The notes under the pieces: model-generated
The model's input: only the letters and a program-made list of their open reading frames with translations
The model's database searches: none
What the model was told of the DNA's origin: nothing
In this document: piece after piece, positions 13,621 through 25,829 of the stretch
Numbering within the stretch: the stretch's first letter is position 1
Layout of the letters: each line of letters opens with the position of its first letter
NCBI GenBank assembly: GCA_028534125.1
Contig: CM052817.1
Location: forward strand, 108,750,001 to 108,814,000
From: Lama glama
Taxonomy: Eukaryota
Direction: 5' to 3'
DNA: 64,000 bases
Made by a program: the position numbers and the translations under genes

Positions 13621-14544
13621 ATTGTTTTGTGCTTTCTATCACTGGATTTTTTTTTAAATGTGGATATACAAAAATCCATATTTACTTTGTTTTTTCATGA
13701 ATCCTGAGTGCTTACTTTGGGTCGGGTGAACCAGATTCTTACAGAAGTAAGTCTATATATTTTTTCTGCCCTGCTGTCCTTGAATCTGCTACTGCCTCAA
13801 GGTTGTTGAGCTGAGAGGCATCCAGGGATGAGAGAGCCCAGTCTGGAGGGACAGGGGAGGGCAGAGGGGTGGGGGTTGTATGCCCCTGAAACTTACGCAC
13901 CAGGCAAGCTCTGCCTTCTTCGTTCTCCTGAGACCCTCCACATTCAAAGCTAGAACTTCACCCTTTCCCCTCTAAAGCAAACATTTTAAATCCAATCGCT
14001 GGGTTATATTATCCAGATGTCAGGGACCTTGAAAAGTTCCTCATGTATTTGTTTTAAAATCACGCTTTGAACACAAAGTGTCGCTCTGAAAGTCTTCCTT
14101 AACCAGACTGACCTCATAGGTGGTTAAACGTTAATTTTTACAACGGATATACCCTGTCTAGAGGGCTGATAAGGCTTTTGAAATGATGATAGAACCACCA
14201 TCAACAACAACAAAAATCATTGTAAAGAAAGAGGATAATGATGTGTACGTTATACCGCGACCCCAGTGAGCACTCGTGTTTTCTCTGAGCATTTTGCTCT
14301 CTTGTGAGAGTTTCCAAAAGTGAAAAATGTCATAAGGCAGGCCATGATGAAACTGGAAACATAAATTCAGCCCTATTCAGTGATGCACAGAGTTCAGGGT
14401 TTCCATCTGCTCATCGAGGCCTTCACCATCAGCTAAACTTTACACACATAACCTAACGACGTGCAAGGTGGCCTCGTAATCCGTTTTTTCAGGTTTTCCC
14501 AATGCGAAGCCCAGCAGTGGAACAGGTGACCTGAAGTGTCAAGG

Positions 14545-14940
14545 AGAGACCGAAGGCTGCCGAGAGAGGACCGCCCGCGAGGCTGGGCGTGGACCGGTCC
14601 CCGCGGGCGGAGGCGGCGATGCGGGGCTTCAACTTGACCGCGGACGCTCCTGGCGACGGCGGGGGCCCAGTTAGTTTGGGAATTTCACTTCGGGATGGCT
14701 GAAGCGTGTTTGGCCCCCGCTCCCGACTGCCTTTGAGCTCATTTTATGATTCCCAACAGTGGCCCAGTGGCCAGGGTGGGGACAGCCGCACGCCCAGGGG
14801 TAAAATCAGGTAGGAAACAGGCCTCCCAACAGCGGGGAAGCGGAGTCGTCAGCCACCACGTTTAATTGGCTGTGGCCTCCTCATCTGTGACGTAGGGCGA
14901 CTGCCGGCCACGGGTTCAATCCCTGAGACCTGACCGGGGT
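14545..14940. promoter_or_regulatory. Small CpG-rich island, candidate promoter or enhancer
   Basis: More than 20 CpGs in 14551-14730; GC boxes CCGCCC 14571, GGGCGTGG 14585, GGGCGG 14605; not recognised as a repeat. Confidence 0.5.
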
Positions 14941-16081
14941 TAACTGCTCTTGCTGCAGGTTTCAGAATTCTCTCATTTCAGCCGTCTCCGTGATTCAAGG
15001 CGCTAAATACTTACTAGAAATGACAGTCTGTGTTCAGCGTGACTCAGGAAGTTCTCCAGGCACTTCATTACATGGGACCATCATTCCCAGCGTCTGGTCC
15101 TGTGGGATTTCTTGAACTTACATCCGAAACCCTTCCTTTTGTTTGTTTCCCATGTGTATCTGTGCTGGTGTAAAGGCAGCAGGGTTCCTTTTCCAGCTTT
15201 TTTGGAAACGATAATAATATCAGTTATGGAATGTGACTTGCTGCCTTCTTCTGCGTTTTGATGAACAGCCCGGAGAGGATGACACTATAGTTATTATAAA
15301 AAGACTCTGCCATAGTAGTATTTTAATAGAGCTCTCAAGTGTCATTATATAATAAATGTCTTAAATACTCATAACTGTAGTACAGACAAGCACACTTTTT
15401 TTTCCACTATCACAACACATAATAAAGTTAATATCTAGGAGCAAATACACATTTGTAGTTCATAATTATTTGAATTGTGTTGAGTTCAGTGAAGAGTAAA
15501 AAAGTAAATAAAAGTAAAAGTAATAAGCTATTTAATAAAAATTACTTCATTACATAAAACAGACACAGTATATTTTTAAAGCATATTGAGTTGGTCTTTA
15601 AATATAGATTCACATATATATTAAATCACACGTTAAAAACCAGGAGTGTTTTGATTTCATAACAGACTAATCTTATTTACAAATAGTCTTATTTAAGAAA
15701 CCTTAAAGAGTGAGTTAATTCAAACGCTGATTTTGCAACTAAAATCAAACTTTCAGAAAACCACAGACTTGTGCTCAAAAAGTTCTAAAAGTTTTTTCTA
15801 AAAGTTCTAAAAGGTTTTAAGCCATCTCAAAATGATGATAAAAATACTTGACTTTAACACAGTCAAGGCAACCAAACAAACCCAGAGGCCATAAAGACAG
15901 ACTGCTCACACTATCATAAGCATGAGGTCACCAAAATATTTTTAGATTTCCCAAAGTTGACCAAATAACATATTTTCTTCCTTTGAAACTAACATGGCTT
16001 CATTTACGAACACTTGGGGAGAGTTATTTTCCTAAGGTGCTGCCTTATGCCCCTTTCCTCTGTGACTGAGGAAGTGGACCC

Positions 16082-16612
16082 TGTGACATATTAGATATAC
16101 AGAGGGGCCAAAGGCTGGCCGCTGGCATATTATTGTCCTGGGTTGTTGGCTTGACCGCAGGCTGGGACCCATTAGCTCAAAACTCGCTGGTGCCAAACTC
16201 AAACTTCTACTTATTCAGTTGGCTTACACATAGCCCCAATACAGAGAACTTTAGCCACCTGGACCCACCTGTGCCAGCCCACAAAACCACATCTCACATC
16301 TGCTAGCCATAGATGAGACAACCCTGAGCTTGGAAACCCCAGCCCTGCTGCCCTTTGGAGCTCTCTGACCCCGACGCCCCATCTTGCTACTGAGTGATGT
16401 CAGTACACATGCAAGTCCTCTTTCTGATCACCCTCTCATCCCTCTCCCTCGTCCCTCCTGAGTGATGACCTCCGGGCAGTCTCATGCTACGGAGGACATC
16501 CCCTCATGCAAACCTATCAAAGTACATCCCAAATAGAGAGTGCACCCTGGTGTCACCTCGTGGTCATATTTTGTTTCCCGGATCAGCTGAGAATGCCCTT
16601 GAACGCACAACA
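16082..16612 (+). mobile_element. ERVL-class solo LTR (MER74/MER73/MER54 group)
   Basis: TG...CA ends; GCTGGTGCCAAACTCAAA, CATCTGCTAGCCATAGAT, CTGCTGCCCTTTGGAGCTCTCTGACCC and CACCTCGTGGTCATAT motifs; exact subfamily uncertain. Confidence 0.75.
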
Positions 16613-16932
16613 ATACTTTCAGGTAATAACGAGAGCAATTAAAATTACTGAATATAGATGGAAAACCTCAGGCCCTCTATGGTCTGTTTGTTTACATGTC
16701 AATACTTTGTTCTTTTGGCAAGGTCTGGCAGAGACGGATTATTAGGCAGACCCCAGTGATCAGAAAGAACTGACCAGCATAAGTCTTTTTCCTCTGTAGA
16801 CCGATTTCCTAACCGGCCTTTCCCCACACTTATGAAGAGAAAGACAAACATTTATTTTTCTCTGTATAATTCTTCCCTATTGGCTTTCAGTTATATTGCA
16901 GGAAGTTTTATATACTTGAATGGCAGGCTGAA

Positions 16933-16933
16933 T

Positions 16934-16965
<32 letters not shown>

Positions 16966-17378
16966 GTATAGCACATTTTCTTTATACACTCATCCATCAT
17001 TGGACACTTGGCTATTGTGAATAATGCTGCAATGAACATGGGAGTACAAATATCTTTTCAAGATGCTAATTTCAATTATTTTGGTAAATATCCAGAATTG
17101 GGAATTGCTGAATCAAGTGGTAGATCTATTTTTTAGTTTTGGACCAACCACCATACTGTTGTCCAAACAAAACTCAGAGATGCAGAGAACAGACTGGTGG
17201 TGACCAGAGGAGAGGGAGGTTGGGGGGAGGAGGAATAGATGAAGGGGTCCGTTGTGTTATGGTGACGGATGGCGACTAAACTTGTTGTGGGGATCACTTT
17301 GTGGTTACACAAATAAGAATTTACACTATATGCCTGAAACTAATATAATGTTATATACCAATTTTACCTCAATACAAA
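16933..17378 (+). mobile_element. 5'-inverted L1: antisense ORF2-end segment joined to a sense 3'UTR
   Basis: 16933-17165 is antisense (GGCTATTGTGAATAATGCTGCAATGAACATGGGAG); 17166-17378 is a sense 3' end (CAGAGAACAGACTGGTGG...CCTGAAACTAATATAATGTTATATACCAATT). Confidence 0.85.
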
Positions 17379-18926
17379 CAGAAGCAGCCCATGCAGACTT
17401 TCAGGAAAGAAAAATAAAGACATTAAAATGTAAAATATAAATCTTCTGTGAAGATGAGAACAAAAAGATTCACTGTACTTGATCCCTGAGAAATGTTTAT
17501 AAGCAATCCAGTTTTGAAAAAGTCTTTTTTTGAGTCACATTTCATTTTAACTATAAGTGCAATGTCCTTGAATATCTTACAGCCTTCGTATTCAATATGC
17601 ATCTATCATAAAGTGATTAATCTTAGAATGACTTTATTGAGTGCTAGAGTGACCTTATTAGCTGGTCCAACAAAGAGAAATATAGTTTTTTCCACTGGAA
17701 CATTTTCCACTTTTTCAACGTAGTTCATCAAAACTGACTTGACATTCAGTGAAATTTCTTGCAGGTTTGGATTTTTTTTCCCCATGGAGCCCTGTGTTCA
17801 TTTAGGAAGATTTGAACATGCCTGGTTTGTGCATAATACCATACAAGCTAAACCAAACTGTTCCTAATTAACTATATTGAGTTGTCTCGTCTTTAATCAT
17901 TATTGCAATTACTCCTACTATTGATTTACTCATTCAACCAAAATCAGTTGAACATTCTTGGCTGGAGAACATTGGGCTAAGTATGGGGATAAAGGCAGAA
18001 ATAACTGTGAATGCAAAGACCTCACAATCAAGTCAGGTCAAACACACTACCCTTGACTAAAGTAGACGGTCAAGACACACCCAGTGCCTGATGTCTGCAT
18101 TTTCTCACTGCCGTTCAGTTCACACACCCTCTTCCAGGTCTCTGAAATGCTCTTCATCATCATTCTCCATAAGACCTTTTCTGACTCATCCTTTGAAATT
18201 CTACTCAGATGGAATCTCCATTCATTGGCTTTTGCTCATCTTTCCGGAGTCAGGGAGGAAGGCGGGCGTTCCCTCAGCTTCCAGCCGCTGCACATCATAG
18301 CAGTAATCAAATTAGTTTTATTATGTGACAGTCCTCCCACTATACTAAAAATTTTAATGAGAATTAGAACATTTCCTTGTGCATCTTCCACTAAGCCTGA
18401 CCATAGAAAGTGATTCGAGAAGGTTGAGAGCCTAGGTGAGACACAAAATCCCAGAGCGTAAGGGAACACACAAGTGAACACAATTTATTTTGCTGCTGTA
18501 AGAGGGAGTGGAAAAACCTCAGAAAAACTTCCTGGAAGAGAAGATATCTGAGCCAGATCTTTTAGAGAAGGAAGGAGAAAGAAAAGGGCGGGTCTGGTAA
18601 AAAGAACGTTTGGATGAGTTGGCTTCTAAATTGAAACCTTACAGAAATCTGTTCTATTTTTAGTAACCATGTCTCTTATTTTTAACGTGTCTCTAAAATC
18701 TCCTCTGTCCTTTCTGAGTGTATTTACATACTATATTTTCTACATTCACCATATAATTTGACTCAAAAAGTTTATTTTGCTTTCTCTCCGTCCACTATAT
18801 CATTTGCAGTGAAAAAGAATTTATAATCAGTTTGACAAAATAATTTGCTGTCATTTAAAATGACCTGGAAAATGGCTTGTAGTTAGAAATAGTTAGATAT
18901 TAGAAGAATTTCAGAGTGGAACTTGG

Positions 18927-19911
18927 TGTAATAGAGAAGAACAAATCCGACTCCATATTGGATCTGTTCCTTTGGCTCTAACCCTGGGCTCTGTTTGCTG
19001 GGCTCAGCCATGCTGGTCCTGCACATTTTGTAAAAGAATGTCACCTAGAGCCTGAAATAGACAGGACAGCCCATCTTCAAGGCTCTGCCTCCCAGCCTTG
19101 GCCTTGTGGATGAAACCCTGTTGCTTGCCTCTGCCTCTGCAAGGATTAGGCCCTGAGCCACTGCAGTCACCAACCTTCAACACATCCTAAAAGGATTTTG
19201 GGGCAGAGAATCCAGAATGAGGCACTCTGTGCTCTGGGAAAAACTGGCAGAACAGGCCTCCAGATAGATACATTTCAAGAGGAGTGTTATGAGCCCAATT
19301 TCTTGCATCTCCTTGTATCTAGAAAAGAACTAAAATCATTAAAGGTGACATCTGCTGATCATGGCTAGCAGCAGACCTCTGCTTGACTGCAGGTAACCCC
19401 CTTCACCATGATTACATATACACTGACCTTAGCCCCTGCAGCTCCTCTTTGGAGCAGTTCCTCAGAGCTATCTGAGAGGCTGTCTCCCAAGCTATAGTCT
19501 TCATTTTGCCCCAAATAAAACTTAACTCACAACTCTCACATTGTGTATTTCTTTTTTTGGTTGACAATCTTTAAAAGTATAACATTTTTCCATCCATATA
19601 GAGGTAAAAAGTTGCAGAACAGAGAACAACATTTGTCTTCTTGGAGGTTTACAGGGACACCATGACCTGATCCATGTGGACAGCTGCAAGAACAAAGGAT
19701 TCCAGCACCAAGAAGTCTGCAAAAGCCAACCACACCTCCTCCCTTTTTAGTATAAATGAAGCCTGAATTCTGAATCATGGAAGATGGTTCTTTGGGATGC
19801 TAGTCCATCATCCTCTCAGTATGCTGGCTTTCCCAAAAAAGTCATTGTTCCTTGTCCCTTGATTTAGTGGCCTGTCATGGGGCGAGTAGTATGAGCTTGG
19901 ACTCAGTAACT
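18927..19911 (+). mobile_element. ERV1 solo LTR (MER41-like, cetartiodactyl type), split by a nested LTR
   Basis: Starts TGTAATAGAGAAGAACAAATCCGACTCCATATTGG; TATAAA near 19751; ends GAGCTTGGACTCAGTAACT; degenerate 4-bp flanks TTGG / CTGG. Confidence 0.85.
19105..19566 (+). mobile_element. Second ERV solo LTR nested inside the MER41-like LTR
   Basis: TGTGGA...TTGACA ends; GGAGCAGTTCCTCAGAGCTATCTGAGAGGCTGTCTCCC and AATAAA near 19514. Confidence 0.8.
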
Positions 19912-21202
19912 CTGGCATCCTTGGTTATTGAGCCTGAGTACTGGTATCCTCTCTGTGTCCCTTCAAACTGGGCTGTCACTGGCATAGACTTTCCACTTGC
20001 TGCTTCAAAAACAGATGACTTTGGCTTAGCTTGAACAGCATTCCAACAACTGATAAATGCGTGACATTCTTCAGAAGCATCACCAAGAGCTAGAACTGTA
20101 ATATTTTCCCTTCTTTTACTGGAACAGGTATGGATTCAAGACAATATGGTCTTCTAGTAGAACTGTTAGTGGGAATTCAAATAGAAACGTTTGCAAAGTC
20201 AAAGGAGGTTTGATGTGCTCAGTGTAGCTATGGGGTGGTGGGTCTCCACAGAATCTTTGACTTTACAGTGTCCAGGCTGCAGTGACCAGGATCTTCCTGG
20301 TGGACTTTTGAATAGAATCAGGATCATCAGTTGGGCTGCTGTGATTTACACATATGCTAACTGGGTAGGAAGTAGGAGGGAGTCAGGAGGACAACTGAGC
20401 TAGAGAGATACTGAAGGAAAACTTTTGGTTCCTCCATGTCAAAGGGAAGTGTTATCTCGATCTCATGAGCCTTGAATGTTTTTATTCTCTGTATTTTTCC
20501 CCTTCTTTTCCTTTACTAAAGTACTACTTTCAATTTATTCATCTCTTGCAAGGTATTTAGGGAGCATATCAAGTAAATGCTATCTACAAACTCAAAGTAA
20601 TACTTCATTTAACATATTATTGTTGTGTTTAATACTGACCAGGATGGGACAAGGGAAATATTTGCAACTGAAATTTCCACATACAGTAGACAAGGGTGCT
20701 ACCGTGAAAGTAAATTGGCTTGTAGTTTTTCCCATGGATTAAGTTTCTCCTGAGTTCATTAGACTATTGATCACATAGGAATTACTTGACAGTTCATTTA
20801 ATAGCCAGTTCTTCTCATCATTTCATTGGGGAGTACTTTCTTTCCCTTGGGAAAGTGTTTTGACAGGCTTGCCTTAAGGATGGTGTGAGGTAATCAATAT
20901 GAAAAGAACGTCACAAATTATAAGGTGCTATATAAATTACGAGGCATAAATGTTTTAAGAAAATGACTAATCAACTTTGGTTTGTGTTTGCTCTTAGTCT
21001 TACCAGAAAACTTGTCAAGAAAGAAGAAGATGTGCTATAAAATCACATCTGGTTGGGCTTTTGATTGGAATTATGAGTATCCACACCTTGTTGTGAGGAG
21101 AACTGACATCTTTGCAAAGTTGATTTGTCACAAGAATAAGATACATTATTTCAATTATTCATGTCTCATTCTATATTTCCCACTAAAACTCAGGATAGAG
21201 CT

Positions 21203-21502
21203 TGTTATGCCCTAAGTTGTGTTCCCTAGAAACTCACATGCTGAAGCCTCAACCTTCAACGTGGCTGTATTTAGAGGTAGAGTGTTCAAGGAGGTAATTA
21301 ATGCCGAACAAGGTCCCAAGTGCGGGGCCCTGGCTCAATAGAATTGGTGTCTTTATATGAAGAGGAAGCTCTCTGCTCACTCTCTCTCTCCAGCTGCACA
21401 CCACAGGAAAGGCCACGTGAGGCCACAGTGAACCAACAGACAGCTACAAGCCAGGAAGACAGTGCTCACAAGAACCTGAGAAGTAATTTGTTGCTATTAG
21501 CA
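21203..21502 (+). mobile_element. MLT1A-like MaLR LTR
   Basis: TGTTATG...ACTCACATGCTGAAGCC...GGTGTCTTTATATGAAGAGGAA...GGCCACGTGAGGCCACAG...CAAGCCAGGAAGA. Confidence 0.8.
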
Positions 21503-21951
21503 GATTTATTCAGTGGCAATATGAATTTATCTTGAGAAAGTGTTTCGTAAAAACTACATCTACAGATGACTTTACATAAATATTAAAAGTAAGGCAGTGG
21601 GAAGATCAGGGTATCACTAGTATATCTTAAACATGACAGGTAAAATGAAACATTGTCAAATATATTTTGCATCTATTAAATGAATATAAAGAAATACATT
21701 ATGAATTTATCATCTCATAAACTGAAGATAATCCTGGAACATACTTCTCTTAAATTTTTTTTAGAAAATCTAATTTTGAATCTTTTCAGACAAAGTCATA
21801 AAACTGGCTCATGACAATGAAATATATATCCCCTGTCAAGTAGCAGGAGAAATTTGGGGGAAAGTAGCCCAGTAAGACACTCTAATCCTCAAATCAATGA
21901 ACTGGGACCATTTAGCGGAGGGACTGGCAGGTTCCCACAGCTTGGAGGCCC

Positions 21952-22400
21952 TGGGTTAGTTTCTTAGGCTGCTATCAGAAAACACCACAAAGGAGGGGCT
22001 GAAACCATGGAAATGTATTCTCTTAAGTTCTGGAGGCCAGAAGTCCAGAATCGAAGCGCCAGCAGGGCCAGGCTCCCTCTGAGACTCTGTGCGCAAACTT
22101 TCTGCCTTCTGGAGGTGCCACAGGTCCTCAGCCTGCCTGGCCTGTAGTGGCATCACCCTAGTCTCTGCTAGGAAGGTCCATCATCACACGACCTTCTCAC
22201 TGGGCGTTCCCCACTTTGCTCACTGTTTCCTTCTTCCTATAAGGACACTTGTCATCTTGAGTTAGGGCTTACCCGAACGCCCCCATCTTAGCTGGCTTCC
22301 ATCTACAAAGATCCTACTTCCAAACAAGTTCAATCCACAGGTACCAGCAATGATTAGGACTTCATCATATCTCTATGAGGACACAGTCCAATCTATAACA
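21952..22400 (-). mobile_element. MLT1B/C-like MaLR LTR
   Basis: AGTTCTGGAGGCCAGAAGTCC...TATAAGGACACTTGTCAT...GGACACAGTCCAATCTATAACA; minus-strand ORF contains the typical ILDFWPPEL string. Confidence 0.85.
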
Positions 22401-23529
22401 GAACCTTAAGCGTCACAGCATCACATCATGAAGTGACAGTCGACATACTTGAATACTGGCATCTTAGAGCCTGAAAAGGCCTTACAAATAACCTACCCCA
22501 GTCTCTGCAATTTACAAAAGAAATTTGTCCCAGAGCAGGGAAACCGCTGGGCTGATGCAGCAGGTAAATTAATGGCACTCACTCTCACGTTTATATTTAT
22601 TTAACCAGTTAATTCCTTCCTTGCAATTCAGGTATTATATGATTATTATGTTTAGTAGTTTATTTCGGAGAAGGTAAATGCATACTACTGGTCATTTAGA
22701 AAGGTATTCATGAAAAGCAATATTGAGCACCTACTCAAATTGATAGGTCATTTATATGTATTTTTCTCAGTTCTAACAATAACCTGGTCAGATATTTTTG
22801 CTCACATTTCAAACATAAGGAAATTTCTTACTGCATTAATAAGCTTAGGTGGCTGAAAGACACAATTTCTGAGACACTTTTATTTGCACAATAATAAAAA
22901 TAAACTACATATATTATAATTCTCAAGGACTTTTACCTATCCAGAATACTTTAATTCCAGAGTATATTAAAGAAGAAAGTATTTTATTTTTCTTTTAGGC
23001 AAATTACTGACAATTATATAGAAATATTTTCACACTTAGGAATTCCTTTAGTGAGTTGTCAAACTCTATTTCCATGTATACACACACACATGAGCAAAAC
23101 GAAGAAAAAGAAATACTTGCCTTCTCAGTTAAATCTATTATTAATTTTTATCCTAATATTTAAAAAGCTGAAGTTATTTACCAGTAGGCTTGTGAAAGAT
23201 TTTCTTTACTCCTGTAATTGAATAATTAATCTAATTTTTATTTATCTAAATGTGTTGCCATGTACAAAGGACTTTATTAGATCCTTTAGAATCTTTGGGT
23301 TGGTTTAAATTATTAGTTCACTGAGCAAAGAAATTGTTTTTATTGCCTTTGAATTACTAAAATCCAACAGTGATGTGGGACAAAAGTATGTACTCAGTAA
23401 ACATTTCTTGAATGAATTAATGCATTAATGAGAAGAAGAAATCCCTAGAGTGACAAACCATACATGCATTAGACTTAAAAGACAAGACAAACTAATATGA
23501 AACAGTAACATTTTATTTCCTCTCACTCA

Positions 23530-24482
23530 CTCCTGACACTGGGGAGACAAGAGTGAACAAGACAAATGAGATCCTTGACCTCTCAAAGCTGATTTCATTG
23601 TCAGAGTCAAGCAATGAAAAACAAACAAACAATAAAATGAAGAAAGAAAAAAGCTATAATCACCAAGGAATGCTGTGCAGAAAACAAGACAGAAAAAAAT
23701 TATAGAAAATCACTATTATTGGGGATGGAAAAGATACTGCTTGATACGAGGAGTGGTGTGGGTGTTGCTGGGGGAGGTCTGAGATGGAAGAGAGGGAAGA
23801 CAAGGACCCAGAACCGGGGACATCAGGATGGAGGGTCATCTGTGCAGGGAGGAGGGCGGGCAGGGGCCCCAGGTGGGGGCAAACTCCCAGTTTGGCCAGC
23901 TTGGGCTACAGCAGGAGGGCTGAAGAAGCACCATATAGGATGAACTCCTGTGGATATACCCGACATGCGGTGGGAAGGACGCAGAATGTGATGCTAACTA
24001 CTAACTGGCAGAGGTTAGATGGTTGTCAGTCATGGAGTGGCTGCGTGTTCTGATGAAACTCTAAAAAGTTCTTTGCAGCTCCTAATGAAAAAATGGGTTA
24101 TGGAGAGACAGGTGTAGGGACAAGGGCGACTCCTGCCATAATCCAGTCAGAGATGATGGTGCAAGTTAAAGGGGGAGGTTTCCCACTGATTGAAGACAGA
24201 TGAAGAGATTCACACTGTACCTGGAGGTGAAGTTATCCAGATCTGCTGCTGGATTGGATACTGGCAAGAGGGGAAAAGAGGCATCAGTTGATTCCTCTTT
24301 TGGGGGTCTTACTGCCCAGTACTAAGTAAATACTTAGGTACTAAGTACCTAGTAGGTAAGTACTAAGCACCAAGATAAGGAACACAGCAGAGGACTGGGC
24401 ATTGGAACTGATGGAATCAGGAATATGATCTTTGACATAATAGATTTGATGTCTATGTACATTGTCCAAATACAGATGTCAA
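23530..24482 (-). mobile_element. LINE-2 relic
   Basis: CTGGGGAGACAAGAGTGAACAAGACA..., ATAATCCAGTCAGAGATGATGGTG, GCTGCTGGATTGGATA, TTTGATGTCTATGTACATTGTCCAAATACAGATGTC; antisense L2 pattern. Confidence 0.6.
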
Positions 24483-24508
24483 ATCATCATCATCATCATC
24501 ATCATCAT
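24483..24508. repeat. (ATC)n microsatellite
   Basis: Directly visible. Confidence 0.95.
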
Positions 24509-24511
24509 GAC

Positions 24512-24690
24512 AATGATTATCCTTGTTGAGCCAGACACTGTTTTCGAGCCTTTATCAGGATGAGTTGTCTTCCCCACCATAATCCAGTACACAGATACTA
24601 TCCATACCCCCATAGTTCAGATGGGGAACCAGCACGGTGCCGAATAACTTGGCGAGGTCACACTGAGTGTGTGCGGTGCCAGGAGGAGCA
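24512..24690 (-). mobile_element. MIR SINE relic
   Basis: GCCAGACACTGTT...CCCCATAGTTCAGATGGGGAACC...TAACTTGGCGAGGTCACAC; antisense MIR core. Confidence 0.65.
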
Positions 24691-25124
24691 CACTGTCAGG
24701 CAGCTCCCATAGCCTCCTTTCTCTACTGAACTCTTCCTTTATGTTTAAAAAAGAAAAGGACAAAAAATAAAGAATGATGTAACCATGGAACTCAGAGAAG
24801 AGATAGGACATGAATTTGGAGCTATTAGAATATAGACAGGAAAAACAGAAAAGATGTTGTGTGACTGACTCCGGGACACCAGATACACGGAAGGCAGTCA
24901 CAGGAGGTGGAACACGATGGGGAGGCAGACACCAGTGAGGAGGGAGAAGACCAGGGCATGTGTGATTCCAGGCCCTTGGGGATGACTTAACCTGAGCACT
25001 GTGAGACTCTGAGATGACAAGTAGTCAGTGACCACCAGTTTGGGGGGGTGGAAGTTGTTGGAGAGCTTTAAGAGGGAAGTGCTAGTGTTAGGAACAAGAG
25101 CCCAACTGAAATGGGGGAAAAGAA

Positions 25125-25260
25125 GAGGGAGGATATAGCTCAGTGGTAGAGTGTGTGCTTAACATGCACGAGGTCCTGGGTTCAATCCCCAGCACCTCTG
25201 TCTAATCAATCAATCAATCAATCTAATTGCCTCCTCCCACCAAAAACAAAAAATAATAAT
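25125..25260 (+). mobile_element. Camelid tRNA-derived SINE (Vic-1 type)
   Basis: GGAGGATATAGCTCAGTGGTAGAG...GAGGTCCTGGGTTCAATCCCCAGCACC, (AATC)n linker, A tail; TSD-like TGAAATG..GGGGAAAAG at 25107-25122 and 25263-25280. Confidence 0.93.
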
Positions 25261-25380
25261 GTTGAAATGAGGGGGAAAAGGGAAGGCAAGGATCTGGGAC
25301 AGGGGACAGGGAAGTTTCATTTCTTGGGAGCAGTGGAGATGGTGAGGATGTGGTGTTACCTGGAGCTGGGTGGGTGAGTC

Positions 25381-25821
25381 TGTCTCAGTGTCCTAGGGCT
25401 GCGGCAACGAAGGACCACCATCTCTGTGGCTTGAGACAAAAGCCTTTTATTCTTTCACACTACTGGAGGCCAGAGTCTGCAATCCAGCTGTCTGCTCTGC
25501 TCCTTCCTGAAGTTCTAGGGAAACCCTTCCTTGCTGTCCCAGTTTCTGGCGGCTCCCGGCTGTCCGTGGCTGGGGGAATTGCATAATCCATCTCTGCCCC
25601 AGACTGTACAGCCTCTCCATGGACTTCTCTGTGTTTCTCTCCTCTGTGCCTCTTAAGGAAGTGCTGGTCACTGGATTCAGGGACTGCCTGGATGATTCAG
25701 GATGCTCTTTTCTCGAGACTGTTCATGTAATGATATCAGCAAAGACCTTTTCCCAAATCAAGTTGCAAAGGTGAGGTTGTGGACATATCATTTTGGGGTA
25801 AATACTATTCAACCCACTAAG
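25381..25821 (-). mobile_element. MLT1C/D-like MaLR LTR
   Basis: CCTAGGGCTGC...CTGGAGGCCAGAGTC...GCAAAGACCTTTTCCCAAAT...TATTCAACCCACTA. Confidence 0.85.
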
Positions 25822-25829
25822 GGGATAAG

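Noticed and set aside
20191..20403. ESLTLQC resembles an immunoglobulin B-strand
   Set aside because: No properly spaced Trp or DxGxYxC motif and no fitting exon boundaries
25125..25200. tRNA-Ala-like sequence (also near 13545, 43885 and 50405)
   Set aside because: These are SINE heads with AT-rich linker and tail, TSDs in three of the four copies and substitutions between copies; not tRNA genes
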